Shown here: in pieces, positions 1 to 8,639 of the stretch
How positions within the stretch are numbered: position 1 is the first letter of the stretch
How the letters are laid out: each line of letters begins with the position of its first letter
IMG/VR virus record: IMGVR_UViG_3300030334_000025
DNA from: a virus
Reading direction: 5' to 3' (one strand)
DNA: 46,187 nucleotides
Notes under the pieces: model-generated
The model's database searches: none
The model's input: the letters and a program-made list of their open reading frames with translations, nothing else
Told to the model about the DNA's origin: nothing
Made by a program: the position numbers and the translations under genes

Positions 1-99
1 GCATGATTGGCCCGTTTAGCGGCGTGTTTACCGCGAAAGGCACGATGCCCGTCAGTGTCACCTATGACGCTGTTGCCAGCATCACCGTGGCCGTCATCA
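1..99. repeat. Terminal duplication identical to 46089-46187, indicating a circular or terminally redundant genome or an assembly overlap
   Basis: Base-by-base comparison of the window's first 99 nt (gcatgattggcccgttt...ccgtcatca) with its last 99 nt. Confidence 0.95.
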
Positions 100-107
100 A
101 GGTTTAA
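1..107 (+). CDS. 3' end of the 109-aa structural-module protein that starts at 45866; the gene wraps the window junction
   Basis: The reading frame from 45866 continues through the duplicated 99 nt to TAA at 105-107 (...VAVIKV*). The next gene's ATG is at 108. Confidence 0.75.
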   Translation, partial: MIGPFSGVFTAKGTMPVSVTYDAVASITVAVIKV

Positions 108-515
108 ATGAGCAAGCTCACTGGCGTTGACACCGTTCGCAAGAATTTCGCCAAGAAGGTTGGCGAAATTAGCGGCGGCATGACCGAGAAAACCGTCACG
201 CAGGTATTGATTGCGGGCGGTAAGTACGCGGCTGCGTTGACGCCAGTAGCCACTAGCAATCTGATCAACAGCTCATACCGTGACGTTAAAAAAACCGCCA
301 GTGGCTACGAAGGACGCATGGGCTTCGGTGCCAATTATGCCGAGTACGTGCATAACGCTAAAGGCGTGCTGTTAGGCACCAATACGCCGCGTTATCCAAA
401 GTCGGACGGTAATGTCTGGGATCCTGACGCCGAGCCGCAGTTTTTGGTTAAAGGTTTCGAGCGCGATGGCGCTGCTGAGATTCAAGCCATTATCAAGCAA
501 GGTTATCGCGTATGA
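108..515 (+). CDS. Head-tail joining or tail completion protein, HK97 gp10-like
   Basis: TSNLINSSY and NYAEYVH resemble the gp10-family TGxLxxS and YAxYVE pattern. The ORF is tightly packed and lies upstream of the tail tube gene. Confidence 0.6.
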   Translation: MSKLTGVDTVRKNFAKKVGEISGGMTEKTVTQVLIAGGKYAAALTPVATSNLINSSYRDVKKTASGYEGRMGFGANYAEYVHNAKGVLLGTNTPRYPKSDGNVWDPDAEPQFLVKGFERDGAAEIQAIIKQGYRV

Positions 516-895
516 GCAATTTTCTAGTCAACGTGCGCAACCACCTTGATGCAGGCAACTTGCTTGATGGCTTCCAGGTGCAGTATTACAAATGGAATGA
601 TGCGCGGCGCGATGGGCGACCGATGTTTGTGTTGCGGCGACCCGGCCCCGGCGGTGCGTCCGATTATCTGGTTCAGCGCCCGCAAGTGCTGCTCATTTTA
701 ATCAGCGCCAGTGAGCGCGATGTTCGCGACGCAGAAAACAGCATGCACGAAATATTGCGCTACCTACGCGGCAACTATAAGTCGCCGGGCATTAAAAATT
801 ACGAACCCCTTGGCGGCATTACCGGGCCGACTTACACCGAGGATGGCCGTGGGGTTTTTCAGCTCAACGTTCAGTGCTTAACTGACGATCAGTAA
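512..895 (+). CDS. Tail-module protein, candidate tail terminator or completion protein
   Basis: ATGA overlap with the upstream gene. It sits between the gp10-like gene and the tail tube gene. No motif was recognised. Confidence 0.45.
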   Translation: MSNFLVNVRNHLDAGNLLDGFQVQYYKWNDARRDGRPMFVLRRPGPGGASDYLVQRPQVLLILISASERDVRDAENSMHEILRYLRGNYKSPGIKNYEPLGGITGPTYTEDGRGVFQLNVQCLTDDQ

Positions 896-958
896 ACGGG
901 CATTTTGCCCACAACGCCCATATAGGGCACACGCCCGAAAAGGGCAAAGGAGAAAAGC

Positions 959-1447
959 ATGGCTATTACGCTTTCCCCGACCGGAGCCTTTGTAGGGCGT
1001 GACACGGTCGTAGAGTTTGCAATCCTACCCCCGCAGACAACCCCGCTAGAGGCTGACTGGAAGCTGCTGGGCTGCACGCGGTCTAAGTCGCTGAGCTTGG
1101 CGTGGGATGAAGTGGACACCACGTCATCTTGCAGCACGGGGAATATTCGCGAGTCATTGGTGACGTACAAAAACGAAACGTTTTCGTTTGATGGCGTATC
1201 CAGTGTTGACGAAACGAAAAACCAAGAAGAGCTTTACTTGCATGTACGCAACCCGGATGGCGGTCAACCATCCGGCTGGCTGCGTTTCAGCGACCCGTCG
1301 AGCTCTACTGAAATGCTGGTCATTGAAGCGCCTGCGTTGTTCACCACGTTCAACAAGGATCGCTCCTATGATGCCGAGGCCACGTTTACGATTGAAGGCC
1401 GACTGACTGGCAACGGCACCACCAGCACCGTCATCATTCCGGCGTAA
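959..1447 (+). CDS. Major tail tube protein
   Basis: AAGGAG at 947-952 lies 6 nt before the ATG. The 162-aa T/S-rich protein lies directly before the chaperone and tape measure genes. Confidence 0.6.
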   Translation: MAITLSPTGAFVGRDTVVEFAILPPQTTPLEADWKLLGCTRSKSLSLAWDEVDTTSSCSTGNIRESLVTYKNETFSFDGVSSVDETKNQEELYLHVRNPDGGQPSGWLRFSDPSSSTEMLVIEAPALFTTFNKDRSYDAEATFTIEGRLTGNGTTSTVIIPA

Positions 1448-1448
1448 C

Positions 1449-2042
1449 ATGGCGAACATCGCGGCGGGTGAGTTTGGCGTTACCGTCGATGGGGTGGAAT
1501 ACACGTTCCGCCCCAGTTTTCGTGCGCTTGCGTCACTGGGCACGCCAGACGAATTAGCCGCGATGCTTGACCGTGTTCAGCGTGCCACCAAGAGCGGGTT
1601 TGCGTCAGCGCTAGCCGTCCTGTCTGCGTGCTGTGATGACGATTCTGTGAGCGATGCTATCGGATTTTACCGCGACGTGGGCGGTAAGCTACGTTACGTG
1701 CAAAAACGCTTACCATGGGAAGATGTATACGTGCTAGGCGCTCGATGCTTGATCAACGGCATGGTAGGCGACGTAAAAGACGCTAAGCGCATCAAGCCCA
1801 GCGATAAGCCACCTAAGCAGTTTAACCCGGCTGAATTTGCAAGCGTTGCCATGGTGCATCTTGGGGTGTCGCGCGATGACGCATGGAATATGACGATGCA
1901 CGAATTGCAGCGGGCGATGATGGTCAAGCATCCCGATATGGTGCAAGACCTGCCCACAAAAGAAGAATACCGCACGGCAGTCGATACCGTGAAGCGCATC
2001 CGCGAAAAAGCGGCACAATTAAGGAGCGGGCCGAATGGCTGA
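1449..2042 (+). CDS. Tail assembly chaperone with two domains in a single frame
   Basis: It lies between the tube and tape measure genes. The C-terminal segment HLGVSRDDAWNMTMHELQRAM resembles the GTA-type chaperone motif (LGLSPxxFWxLTPxEL). It overlaps the tape measure start by 8 nt. Confidence 0.55.
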   Translation: MANIAAGEFGVTVDGVEYTFRPSFRALASLGTPDELAAMLDRVQRATKSGFASALAVLSACCDDDSVSDAIGFYRDVGGKLRYVQKRLPWEDVYVLGARCLINGMVGDVKDAKRIKPSDKPPKQFNPAEFASVAMVHLGVSRDDAWNMTMHELQRAMMVKHPDMVQDLPTKEEYRTAVDTVKRIREKAAQLRSGPNG

Positions 2043-4539
2043 AAATGTCGGTGGTATCTACTACAGCGTGGACGCCGATACGTCGGGACTACTACGGGCT
2101 GAGCGTGATGTTGACCGTTCAACCGACCGCATGGAGCGCAGCTTTGACGACTCCACCAAAGCCACGCAGCGCCAAGAGCGCGCATACCGCAATTTAAATC
2201 CCGTTACCCGCGCTGTACGGCAAGAGACTGAGCGCTTAAGTCGTCAAAATAACCAGCTTGGGCAAACGGCGGGCATTGCGCGAAACGCTATTCAGGGGTT
2301 AATTGGCGCGCTGTCTGTGCGAGAAGTTATCCGCTACGCAGACGCATGGCAGAACGCTGAAAACCAGCTAAGGCAAGTGACTGATAGCACCGAGCAGTTA
2401 ACAGCGGTGCAAAAAGCGCTTGTCAATGTGGCCCGCGATACGCGCTCTAATTTTGAGTCAACAGCGAACTTGTACGCCCGACTGGCTCGCTCAACTACCG
2501 ACCTTGGTCTATCGCAAGAAGACCTCATTGGCCTGACGACGACGATTAACCAATCGTTTGCAACATCCGGGGCGACCGCAGAGGAAGCCAGCGCCGCTAT
2601 TACACAGCTTAGCCAAGGCTTGGCATCCGGCGCGCTGCGTGGCGACGAATTCAACAGCGTGGCCGAGCAAGCGCCCGATATTATGCGCGCCATCGCTGCA
2701 TCGCTAGATTTAACCATTGGCGAACTACGCGAATTTGCAGCCACAGGCGGTATCACTGCTGAGATAGTAGTCAACGCACTGCAGGGTGCAAGCGATGAGA
2801 TTGGTGGGAGGTTTGCTAACAGCGTGGCAACGTTCGGCCAGCAGCTAGAAGTGGCCCGAACCAATCTAATCGAGTGGGTTGGCTCAAGCGAGGAAGTGAG
2901 GGAAGCCGTACGAACGCTGGGTAGTAGCATTGTCACGCTGTCTGAAAATATGGATGCCATTGTTGCTATCGGTAAGGCGGTAGCTGCACTGTATGGCGGG
3001 CGATTGGCTGCGCAGCTACTTATCGGCGCAGGCGCAATGCTCAAGACCGCCACGGCGGCTGCATCTGCCGCCAGAGGTGTAGGCCTGATAACCCTTGCCG
3101 TTAAGGCGCTAACCAGCGCCACAGGGCTAGGCCTGCTGATTGGTGCGGGCGGATTGCTGTTTGCTTTCCGTGATGAGTTGGGGCTAACCACCGAAAAAGC
3201 AGGATTAACCGAAGATCAAATAGCCGACCTTCGCACCGAGCTGCGCGGCATGTCGGATGATGATTTGTCAGGCAGCCTAGATGATCTAAACGCAGAGCTT
3301 GATGAGGCTACGCTGAAAGCATCCGCAGCGCGTGAAGAGCTGGCGAAGTTGCGCAGCGAAAACCGTGGCAGCGGTGTGCTAGGTTTTGAGGGCGGTAGCG
3401 TTGGCGCTGAAATAGCGGGCATGCAGGCGCTGTCTGACGCCGAGAATAAGCTACTCGAAATCGAACAGCGCCGTAACACCGCCAACCGCGAAACAATACG
3501 CCGGTGGACTGAGCGCAATCAAGCGCAGGATGAGTCAACCGAATCGACCGACGAAAATACCGAATCGACGGAAGAAAACAGCGCGGCAACAAGGCGCGCA
3601 GCCGAAGCAGCCGACCAGCGGCAACGTGCCTTGCAGGCGCTAACCGACCAGCTCTACCCGTTAAATGCCGCGCAACGCGAATACAACGAACAATCGGCCA
3701 TGATTGATGAGGCGGTAGAGGCCGGGTTAATCAACGACAAAGCCGACGCGCAAAACCGACTAGCCGAAGCCTATCGCAACACCGTTCAATCGCTGGGTGG
3801 CTTTGATGACGCAATGGCGGCTTATCCGAGTATCTTTGAGCCGCGTGGTGAACAGCAGGATCAAGGCGAGCAGCAAGACCCGTTCGAGAAATGGTTGTCG
3901 AGCGCTGAGTCTGCGTTTAGCGACTTCGATGCGCTAAACGCCAATCTTGCGGAGAATTTCACCAGCAGCTTCGGCAACATGTTTGCTGACGTTTTGACGC
4001 AACAGACCTCATTCAAAGACGGTTTTCAGTCATTGATGCAAGGCTTAACACGCTCAGTGGTTGCGGGAATCGGCGAAATGATAGCGCAATGGTTGGCGTA
4101 TAAAGCGGTGACTGCATCACTTGGATTTTTCGGCGGCGGCGGTTTTGGTGGACTACTTGGCGGATTTGCTGGCCTATTCGACAAAGGCGGGCGCATCCCC
4201 GGAGGCCAATGGGGCATCGCGGGCGAAAACGGCCCCGAGATTATCAACGGCCCGGCCAACATTACCAGCACTGCTGATACGGCGCGCATCATTGGCCGCA
4301 GCGCTAACGACTACAATCCCAGTCGCTCGCAGCGCGCCATGAGCGGGCAGGCCGCAAGCAATGCGCCACAAACGTCGGTTTATGTTAATGTGCATAATGC
4401 GCCGCAGGGCACCGAAGTTGTCGAGCGTCAGACCGATGGCCGCCAGTTCATCGACGTGTTTATAGCCGATGTAACGGGTAACGGACGGAGTGCAAAAGCG
4501 CTACAATCAACGTTCGGATTACAGCGGCAGGGGCGATAA
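2035..4539 (+). CDS. Tape measure protein
   Basis: 834 aa, A/L/E/Q-rich with coiled-coil and hydrophobic central segments and a C-terminal glycine tract (FGGGGFGGLLGGFAG). It is the longest gene after the chaperone. Confidence 0.85.
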   Translation: MAENVGGIYYSVDADTSGLLRAERDVDRSTDRMERSFDDSTKATQRQERAYRNLNPVTRAVRQETERLSRQNNQLGQTAGIARNAIQGLIGALSVREVIRYADAWQNAENQLRQVTDSTEQLTAVQKALVNVARDTRSNFESTANLYARLARSTTDLGLSQEDLIGLTTTINQSFATSGATAEEASAAITQLSQGLASGALRGDEFNSVAEQAPDIMRAIAASLDLTIGELREFAATGGITAEIVVNALQGASDEIGGRFANSVATFGQQLEVARTNLIEWVGSSEEVREAVRTLGSSIVTLSENMDAIVAIGKAVAALYGGRLAAQLLIGAGAMLKTATAAASAARGVGLITLAVKALTSATGLGLLIGAGGLLFAFRDELGLTTEKAGLTEDQIADLRTELRGMSDDDLSGSLDDLNAELDEATLKASAAREELAKLRSENRGSGVLGFEGGSVGAEIAGMQALSDAENKLLEIEQRRNTANRETIRRWTERNQAQDESTESTDENTESTEENSAATRRAAEAADQRQRALQALTDQLYPLNAAQREYNEQSAMIDEAVEAGLINDKADAQNRLAEAYRNTVQSLGGFDDAMAAYPSIFEPRGEQQDQGEQQDPFEKWLSSAESAFSDFDALNANLAENFTSSFGNMFADVLTQQTSFKDGFQSLMQGLTRSVVAGIGEMIAQWLAYKAVTASLGFFGGGGFGGLLGGFAGLFDKGGRIPGGQWGIAGENGPEIINGPANITSTADTARIIGRSANDYNPSRSQRAMSGQAASNAPQTSVYVNVHNAPQGTEVVERQTDGRQFIDVFIADVTGNGRSAKALQSTFGLQRQGR

Positions 4540-5027
4540 TGACGATACTCGCAACAGTTTATGCCAGCGCGCCGGATAATGAGGTTTTGGTTCCGACGAT
4601 TGAACTATCAAGCGCCTCATTTGCAACACCTATTCGCATCTGCACAGGTTTTGAGGATCAAACGTTTACGCTAGAGACAAGCGAGACGGTTACATTTGAG
4701 GCATCCGGCCTAGATGTGGCGCTACCCAAGCGCGACACTAGCGGGCAGCAAAACCTGACGTTTGCGATTGATAACGTGACGGGCACCGCCCAAGCGGTGC
4801 TCGATCATGCAATTGAGGCCAATGAGCAAATCACGCTGACGTATCGGCTCTATTTGGCATCACAGCCAGAAGCGCCCGCAGAGAAGCCGCTAACTATGAT
4901 CGTGGTGGGCGCGCAAATGAACGCCAGCAGCGTGCAGGTAACATGCTCATTCCGCGACATACTGGGGCGCACCTGGCCGCGTGAACGCTACACTGCGCAA
5001 TTTGCGCCGGGGTTACGTTACCAATGA
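4539..5027 (+). CDS. Minor or distal tail protein, DUF1833-like
   Basis: Its ATG overlaps the tape measure stop. Synteny supports the call, and the N-terminal pattern YASAPDNEVLVPTIEL is recalled from DUF1833-type tail proteins. Confidence 0.45.
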   Translation: MTILATVYASAPDNEVLVPTIELSSASFATPIRICTGFEDQTFTLETSETVTFEASGLDVALPKRDTSGQQNLTFAIDNVTGTAQAVLDHAIEANEQITLTYRLYLASQPEAPAEKPLTMIVVGAQMNASSVQVTCSFRDILGRTWPRERYTAQFAPGLRYQ

Positions 5028-5407
5028 TTAGCGAATGGCAGCAACGATTCACGTACAAAGACAGCGGGCGCGGCCCAAGCGAGGTGGACTGTTTCGGATT
5101 TGCGCGCATCATCCGCCATGAGCAGTTTGACGCGCCCCTGCTGCCGAGTCGTGAGCATGTAGACCCGCGCGATAAACAAGCCGCTGGGGATGCACTGTTG
5201 GAAGTGGGCGAGCACTTGACGCCCTGCAAGCCTGAACACGGTGCATTTGCGCTTTGCTATATCGGCACTATCGCGTGGCATTGCGGCGTCGTGTGGTGCG
5301 TTGATGGGCGCTTAGGCGTGGTAGAATGCGATTATAAACGCGGCGTCCGCTGGATGCCGCTACGCAAATTTGAGCGCCTATTTACCCGCGTGGAGTATTA
5401 CGCATGA
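5024..5407 (+). CDS. NlpC/P60-like tail-associated peptidase
   Basis: Candidate catalytic Cys (EVDCFGFARII) and His (WHCGVVW). The position matches the GTA g14 or lambda K slot before the tip protein. Confidence 0.5.
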   Translation: MISEWQQRFTYKDSGRGPSEVDCFGFARIIRHEQFDAPLLPSREHVDPRDKQAAGDALLEVGEHLTPCKPEHGAFALCYIGTIAWHCGVVWCVDGRLGVVECDYKRGVRWMPLRKFERLFTRVEYYA

Positions 5408-8136
5408 TTCGAGTATACCCGTCGATACTGCCGGGCGAGCCGATAGAGACGCATCGCGTTGACGGCGGAACGCTAGCCGATTGGCTCGCTGACAATGTGC
5501 CGGATTTTGACCTGAGTGCTGACAGCCATCCAATCGTGGTCAAGCAGGATGGGCGCACTGTGCCGCCTAGCGCGTGGTCTAATTTATCGCTAACAGGCGC
5601 GGACATTGATATTTACATCGCCCCCCAATCCGGTGCAGTCGATGCTATCGGGAGTGCCATTAGCAGCGTTGTCAGCGCGGTCGGCAGTGTCGTTAATGCA
5701 GCCGTTGGGCTAATTGGAGAGCTGTTTAGTTTTCTTATCCCAAGCGTTCCCGGCGTTAATCAAGCGCGCGGGCAGAATCAGGGCAGCTCAATTTATGATC
5801 CCAATGTCCAGGCCAACCGACCCAAGCTCGGTGGTGTGATTCCAGAGATTGCAGGTCAGCACAAGGTTTTTCCTGATTACCTGAACCAGCCGCGCCGCTA
5901 CTTTATTGACCAGCGCAACCTTGCGGTAGACGTGTTTACCTGCATCGGCAAAGGCAGCTACCTTATTCCGCAATCTCAAATACGCATAGGCGCTACGCCA
6001 TTAAGCGCGCTAGGGCAGCAGGTCAACTTGTCAATCTTCGATCCGGGCGATGACGTTACCAGCCACCCGGCGCATCGCTGCTGGTATAACGCCCCCGAGG
6101 TGGGCGCAAGCGTGGGTAGCGGGGCAGGCTTACGGCTCAAATCTCCTTCTGACGTGACTATCGTTTGGGACGTATCGAGCGTAGATGTGAACGGCGTCAA
6201 CGTGACACGAGTTAGCGGCAATGCAGTACCGCCAGACTGGACGGTAGGGCTAGAGCTAAATGTCCGCATTCCTCGGCAGATTGTCGCTAATCCACCGCCA
6301 GATCCCATGACGGATGATCATGCCGTTTTCAGTGGCGCGTTTGGCGACCTGGGGCTATCCATCGGCGATGAGGTGATCATTTACGGCGGCGCGCTGGACG
6401 GTACGTACACCATCGCCAGCGTTAGCGCTACGGAGATCACGCTCGATTATCCGGACCTGACGCCCGTCACGTCGCCCACGAGCGGAACGTATATCAACAC
6501 GATTGACCGCGTTGGATCGCGCTACCGGATTGATGCGTTTATTGATGACGGCGGAACGCCTGCGGTTAATATCGGCTTCACTGTCACCAAACTGCTGTCT
6601 AACGGGAGCGAGGATGCAGGATGGCTAGGATTCCCATCGCAGCGCAGTAACAGCCCATTTATCCGCGTATCAGACGAAGAGGTCAACGGCGAATGGGCAG
6701 GGCCGTTCTTGGGTTGCCCGTCAGGTGAGTCAGTATCGGGCGTGGAGTGGGACATATTCGCGCCGCAAGGGCTGGGCCGCGTAAAAGACGATGGCGCAAT
6801 TGAGAATGTAAGCCGAGACGTGGAGCTACAGTGGCGGGCCGTAGGTGATGCCACCTGGAATACTGACAAGCGCAACATTCAAGGCAAGACCCGCGACCAA
6901 TTAGGGTGGACGTTCTTCACCAACTTTGGAACGACGATCACGCCAGAGATTCGCTTACGCCGTACCAGTGTAGAGGGCACGAGCGTTCAAGACTTAGACC
7001 GCCTAGAGTGGTTCGGCCTAAAGTCGCAGCTATCGGCAAAATCAACTTATCCAGGCGTCACCACTATGGCTCTGACGGTGGAGGGCAGCGACACCATTGC
7101 GGGGCAGTCTGAAAACAAAGTCAGCGCCGTGGTCACGCGAATAATACCTACACTTGGCACCGAGACCGAAGAACCTAGTCGAAGCATTGCCGATTGGTTC
7201 CGCTACGTGGCGCGCAATATTGGCTACACCGATAACGATTTAGACCAAGGCGAGTTAGCGCGCTTGGCCGTAATATGGGATTCACGGGGCGATACGTTCG
7301 ACTTTGTTCATGACGGCGATAGCACCGCATTTGCCGTTATGCAGCGCACACTCAGGGCGGGCGCTGCCGAGCTAACGATTAACCAGGGACTGCTAACGCC
7401 AGCCCGTGACGAGCCGCGCACCACGTTTGAACAAATGTACACCACGCAGAACATGCTAGATCCGTTGACGCGCAGCATTGAATCAATCCGGCCCGACGAA
7501 GTAGACGGCATCGACGTAGAGTTTTTTAGCGGCGAAACGTGGACAAACGAAACGGTTGAATGCCGATTGCCGGGCGATGCTGGCAACCGCCCCGAGAAAA
7601 TACGCATTGAGGGTGTTACTAGCCGGACACGGGCATGGCGGCTCGGCATGCGTGAGCGGTTGCGGTTGCGCTATCGCCGCAAAACCTATTCATTCAGCAC
7701 CGAGCTGGATGCACTGAACTCAAATTACTGGTCGTATTGCGCGCTAGCCGATGACGTGCCCGGTTACACGTCAAGCGGCCTAGTGATTCAGGCGTCTAGC
7801 ATCGGCGGGCAAACAACCATCCGCACAAGCGAGCCGCTAGACTGGCAAGATGGCGAATCTCATCTTATCGCATGGCGAGACCCGCAAGGTTCGCTAAAAG
7901 GGCCGTATACAGCAACACGCGGCGCTGATGACTATACAGTGGTGTATACTGGCGATGCTCCTACGGTCGATTATTCCAAAGAGCTGCCCCATTATATGTT
8001 CGGCGTGTCGCAGACGTTTAGCTATCCGGTGTTGATTGCCAGCATTGAGCCACAAGGGTTTAGCGCTGTTAGCGTGCAGGCGGTCAATTATGATGAGCGC
8101 GTTTACGATTACGATAACTCGGAGCCACCTGTATGA
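5404..8136 (+). CDS. Tail tip or host-specificity protein (J-like) with an N-terminal gpI-like domain
   Basis: 910 aa, and the largest tail gene after the tape measure. The N-terminal ~75 aa plus a hydrophobic G/S/V linker resemble a tail-assembly gpI-type domain. Confidence 0.65.
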   Translation: MIRVYPSILPGEPIETHRVDGGTLADWLADNVPDFDLSADSHPIVVKQDGRTVPPSAWSNLSLTGADIDIYIAPQSGAVDAIGSAISSVVSAVGSVVNAAVGLIGELFSFLIPSVPGVNQARGQNQGSSIYDPNVQANRPKLGGVIPEIAGQHKVFPDYLNQPRRYFIDQRNLAVDVFTCIGKGSYLIPQSQIRIGATPLSALGQQVNLSIFDPGDDVTSHPAHRCWYNAPEVGASVGSGAGLRLKSPSDVTIVWDVSSVDVNGVNVTRVSGNAVPPDWTVGLELNVRIPRQIVANPPPDPMTDDHAVFSGAFGDLGLSIGDEVIIYGGALDGTYTIASVSATEITLDYPDLTPVTSPTSGTYINTIDRVGSRYRIDAFIDDGGTPAVNIGFTVTKLLSNGSEDAGWLGFPSQRSNSPFIRVSDEEVNGEWAGPFLGCPSGESVSGVEWDIFAPQGLGRVKDDGAIENVSRDVELQWRAVGDATWNTDKRNIQGKTRDQLGWTFFTNFGTTITPEIRLRRTSVEGTSVQDLDRLEWFGLKSQLSAKSTYPGVTTMALTVEGSDTIAGQSENKVSAVVTRIIPTLGTETEEPSRSIADWFRYVARNIGYTDNDLDQGELARLAVIWDSRGDTFDFVHDGDSTAFAVMQRTLRAGAAELTINQGLLTPARDEPRTTFEQMYTTQNMLDPLTRSIESIRPDEVDGIDVEFFSGETWTNETVECRLPGDAGNRPEKIRIEGVTSRTRAWRLGMRERLRLRYRRKTYSFSTELDALNSNYWSYCALADDVPGYTSSGLVIQASSIGGQTTIRTSEPLDWQDGESHLIAWRDPQGSLKGPYTATRGADDYTVVYTGDAPTVDYSKELPHYMFGVSQTFSYPVLIASIEPQGFSAVSVQAVNYDERVYDYDNSEPPV

Positions 8137-8582
8137 ATTATCCTAGCGAGTTACCAGCGGCGCTACAGCAGGGCCACAGCGTACAAACAGTATCGCCATT
8201 GCTGCGCAGTCAGCTAGCCAGCGGGCGCGCCAGGCAGCGGCGTCGGTTTACGTCAGTTCCGCAGACCGTGCAGCTAGAGTGGGTGATGACTAATTCGCAG
8301 GCGCAACTCTTTGAAGTGTGGTTTAGGTATGGCGTGATGGATGGTGCAGCGTGGCATGACATGCCCGTCAAGACAGCGCTAGGCTTCCAAACTGAGCGTG
8401 TGAGATTTACGGATATTTACTCCGGGCCAACGATGATTAGCCCCCAACTTTTGCAATATAGCGCAGAGGTGGAGATATTTGAGCGTCAGACGCTGCCGCC
8501 GGAGTGGCTGGATTTCCCGCAATTCGTGGCTGGCAGCAGCATCATCGATCTAGCCCTAAACCGCGAATGGCCAGCACCATAG
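8133..8582 (+). CDS. Tail-module hypothetical protein
   Basis: ATGA overlap with the tip protein gene. 149 aa with no recognised motif. Confidence 0.6.
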   Translation: MNYPSELPAALQQGHSVQTVSPLLRSQLASGRARQRRRFTSVPQTVQLEWVMTNSQAQLFEVWFRYGVMDGAAWHDMPVKTALGFQTERVRFTDIYSGPTMISPQLLQYSAEVEIFERQTLPPEWLDFPQFVAGSSIIDLALNREWPAP

Positions 8583-8601
8583 GATAGCATAAAGCTATCA
8601 G

Positions 8602-8612
8602 TGTGCTAGAAT
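8602..8612 (+). promoter_or_regulatory. Extended -10 promoter TGTGC-TAGAAT upstream of the fibre gene
   Basis: TRTGn plus TAGAAT lies 28 nt before ATG 8640. It belongs to the recurring TGCTAnAnT family. Confidence 0.5.
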
Positions 8613-8639
8613 GCTATTAACATTTTCTATGGTGATGAT

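Noticed and set aside
1990-2197. A possible -1 programmed frameshift (GAAAAAG at about 2003) producing a chaperone extension, as in lambda G/GT.
   Set aside because: The heptamer is not in the X_XXY_YYZ register of the zero frame. The -1 frame product (the 1883-2197 frame) is W/R/P-rich and would overlap the tape measure gene. Both chaperone-like domains are already in one frame.
2334-3191. A 285-aa minus-strand ORF inside the tape measure gene. Similar long antisense ORFs occur at 1154-1543, 6522-6878, 19025-19729, 20369-21217 and 15046-15558.
   Set aside because: These are shadow ORFs opposite well-supported genes in GC-rich sequence. They have S/A/R/P-rich low-complexity translations, no RBS, and no room in the tightly coupled operons.
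3530-3860. Short tandem-like repeats in the tape measure gene: ESTESTDENTESTEEN and GEQQDQGEQQD.
   Set aside because: These are low-complexity acidic linkers, which are common in tape measure proteins. The repeats are imperfect and in frame, with no sign of a separate element.
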